From Geosiphon pyriformis uo1 (Eukaryota; Fungi; Glomeromycota), in NCBI GenBank assembly GCA_016748015.1, contig JAAOMT010000236.1, positions 10,157 to 74,156 of the forward strand: a DNA stretch of 64,000 nucleotides, in the 5' to 3' direction. A program made the translations under genes and the position numbers. The notes below the pieces were generated by a model, which did no database searches, was not told where the DNA came from, and was given only the letters and a program-made list of their open reading frames with translations. Below are positions 61,372 through 64,000 of this stretch, in pieces (positions within the stretch are counted from its first letter, which is position 1; each line of letters starts with the position of its first letter).

Positions 61372-62245
61372 TGTTATTTATAAAATATAGAAAGTATATT
61401 AGCATATAAATTAGCCAATCAGAAGTAGCCATAGTAAATGTGAAATTTCAGGATTCTTCTCAAGAGGAATTGCAGGATTCCAGGAATTTCAGGATTCTTA
61501 TACAAGGAATTGCAGGATTCCAGAATTCTAAGATTCCTCCCAAAAAGAATTACAGGATTCCAGAAATTCCAGGATTTCTGGTGTGAAAAATTGAAGAATT
61601 GAGGAATCTCAAATATGTATATATAGCAGTAATGCTAGAAGTAGAAAAGACAGAATTCTTTAGTTAAAAAAAAAGACCTCTCAGTTTAAATTGGATCTAA
61701 GCAATCCTCCGCATCACAAATAAATAATTATTTAATATCTCAAACCCACTTTCTACTATCGACATGAAGTGTTGATAGTAATTGATACTTAACCACACTG
61801 GAATAATAGCTCTTGATTATGGCTATTAATAAAATACTAACATTTATTGCCTTGGCTTATTTTTTTATTTTTCTTTTATTTTCTTTTATTTTTTGTTATT
61901 TTTTTGTTGTTTATTAAATTGACTAAAAAATTAAGTGCTGAATTACAGACATTATAGGGACTGGTAAAAAACCTGTAAAACAAGAATAGAACACTCATAG
62001 ATTTGAAAATAGCTTACCAGGAGGATTACTGACCATTACACTGAGAAAAAAATTTGACAGAATTGAAATTCTGAAAGGCTACTAAAACAACTATTAAATT
62101 TCTGTCTATTATACAAAAGACTCAACACCAAAACTTTTAAAACAATCAAACATTCAGATATCAACACTATCATTATAAATAACTTCTAAACACCAAGTTA
62201 TAAGTTTGTTATTTGCTTTGAAATCCCAAATAATCACCTATAATA
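61372..62245 (+). repeat. 3' LTR of F
   Basis: TGTTAT...CCCAAATAATCACCTATAATA, homologous to the E LTRs. Confidence 0.93.
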
Positions 62246-63374
62246 ACATTATAAACATTGTTTAAAAGAAGAATTTAAATATTAACTGGCACAAAGTCAA
62301 GAATTATTTGGGTGTTTTGGATAATATATGTACTAACACTTTTACTGACACTGTTTTTTTTTTTCTTGGTATCTTTCTTTCTAATTGAAGAAGTATTACA
62401 TGTTGGCCAAAAGTGATATTATTTTTAATAATTCTAGATATTTTATTCATAAAGTCTTTTGGTCTATTTATTATGTGCATTGAAAAGTTGGTTCTGGTTT
62501 TAAAGTTTTGGATAATAGTTTATTATCAGACATTGATTGGCTTAGCTCATCTTTGGTATGGTATTCTAATTCATACATGGCTGTTGATTTTACTAGTAAG
62601 CCTACTACTAGTGCCCACACATATTTTATGAAAGCTTTGCATTATTGACTACCAGTTGCTGTTCAGAAGCACCTATATAACAAGTGTTATCCCAGTGTAT
62701 TGTGTTTGTATTGTGATAATATTGAGATTTTAGATTATGTTTTTTCTTGTGTGATTAATGTTTCTGCTCATTATCAATTGTTAAATGCCCATGCAACTGC
62801 TTGGAGTGTAATTTCTGGTCTTTTTTGGTTCTTTTCATGTATGTCTTAATTGTTGTTCTTCTGTGTTTTGAATATTACAGTATGTATAGTTTTTTGTAAG
62901 AGTTTTGTCTTTAAAGATTGGCTTTAAGAAACTGTATCTGTCTTTGGAAGTTCTAAGATTACAAATTATAAGATTGTGAACTTTGTGAGTAATTTTTGTC
63001 TTGCTTTTAGAAATAAAATTTGGTTGGTCTGTACTAAGCATTATACTTTTATGGAAAAAAATAAACTGGTATTATGTAATGGTTTAGCTCTGATTTTAGT
63101 TTTTGGGGTGTCTTTGATGTTTTTTGCTGGTATGGTCAAATTGCTTGGTATTGCTGAGACATTTGGTGCTAGTTTTGAATTATGTAAATCTTGTTTATTT
63201 TTTTCAGATATTGAAAATCCAGTTTTAGTTTATATAGGTGTTTGATATTGTTCTAATTAACTTAAATGGCTGGTTATATGTAGAAAATACATGATTTACA
63301 CCTAGTTTAGATTGATTATTTAATGTATTATACTAGATAGTATTTGGACTTTATTTGTTAAATGAATAAAAAAA
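62246..63374 (+). mobile_element. 3' end of a non-LTR retrotransposon (LINE): RNase H C-terminus, CCHC zinc domain, 3' UTR and A-tail
   Basis: NINWHKVKNYLGVLDN is a decayed WxKVKGHSGxxGN RNase H motif. FMKALHY*LPVAVQKHLYNKCYPSVLCLYCDNIEILDYVFSC is zf-RVT-like. It ends with AATAAAAAAA. Confidence 0.8.
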
Positions 63375-64000
63375 TTTGAAAATAGAAGAATAGTTTATAT
63401 TATTAATAAAAAATAATACACTAATATAATTTTATATTTTATATTAATATTTTTAAACTTTAATATTAGGTATCAATTATATTTTTTAATAATATTTATT
63501 AAATAATTTTTAAAAATAATAATTACAAATAAATACTAATAAATAATCTTTTATTACAAAAATATTTAAATACTTAAAAAAATTTAAGAAGAAAAATAAG
63601 TAAATTAAAAAAAATTAAATATTTAAAAATGATTTTAATTATTTTTATTAATATATGTTTTGTATATTAAACATGTTTTTTTAAAGTTAAAAGATATATT
63701 ATTTATATAATTATTTTCTAAAAATAAAGTAACTAATTATATAACATCAGTAATTAATATATATGATAATTAATAAAAATTATAATTTTTAACTGTAACA
63801 ATATTAAATTAATATTAAAAAGTCCTGATTTTTGTTAAATTAAATATTATTATATTTAAACTTAATTTAATTTAAAAATATTTTTGTTAAATAAGTAAAA
63901 GTTAAAAGCTATTTTAATATCTTAAACAATAAATAAACTAATGTATTAATTAATTTAATTATGTTTTAGAGTTTATTTTTCTAGCAAATATTAAAAAAAA

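Larger units (their letters stand above)
54208..62245 (+). mobile_element. Family A copy F, mid-capsid to 3' LTR, inserted in a LINE
   Basis: Starts TFLQYFSNNNSINRLANTF, followed by protease LILDSGSADSII (~55450), Cys module, dUTPase, RT YLDD (~58445), RNase H, integrase, ORF3 and LTR. Confidence 0.95.

Overview
This is an AT-rich eukaryotic repeat graveyard with four N-gaps (1131-1717, 3129-3288, 8552-8936, 9970-9989) and no intact host gene. It is probably fungal: the repeats resemble those I associate with Glomeromycotina such as Geosiphon, which is inference and not verified. Nearly the whole window is a nest of decayed Ty3/Gypsy LTR retrotransposons from three families, which I call A, B and C. 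Seven copies carry internal domains: A0 1-8277(-), B 10715-17106(-), A1 17107-26108(-), D (family A, +, split into 26109-29269, 39252-41439 and 42378-43504), E 29270-39251(+, full length, ACAT TSD), C 43505-54207(+) and F 54208-62245(+). There are also three solo LTRs, a Sola2-like DNA transposase fragment (9990-10714) and the 3' end of a LINE (62246-63374). All three Gypsy families share an expanded polyprotein: helical N-domain, capsid, CCHC knuckle, Q/N/P/Y-rich linker, protease, a multi-Cys zinc-finger module with invariant spacing, dUTPase, a second beta-rich domain, RT and RNase H. Families A and C also retain an integrase without chromodomain and an extra 3' ORF in the env position; B is truncated before the integrase. 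All copies are riddled with C>T and G>A transitions. The Cys module and the 3' ORF are the best candidates for undescribed biology. Internal domain coordinates are approximate, while LTR ends were read to the base.
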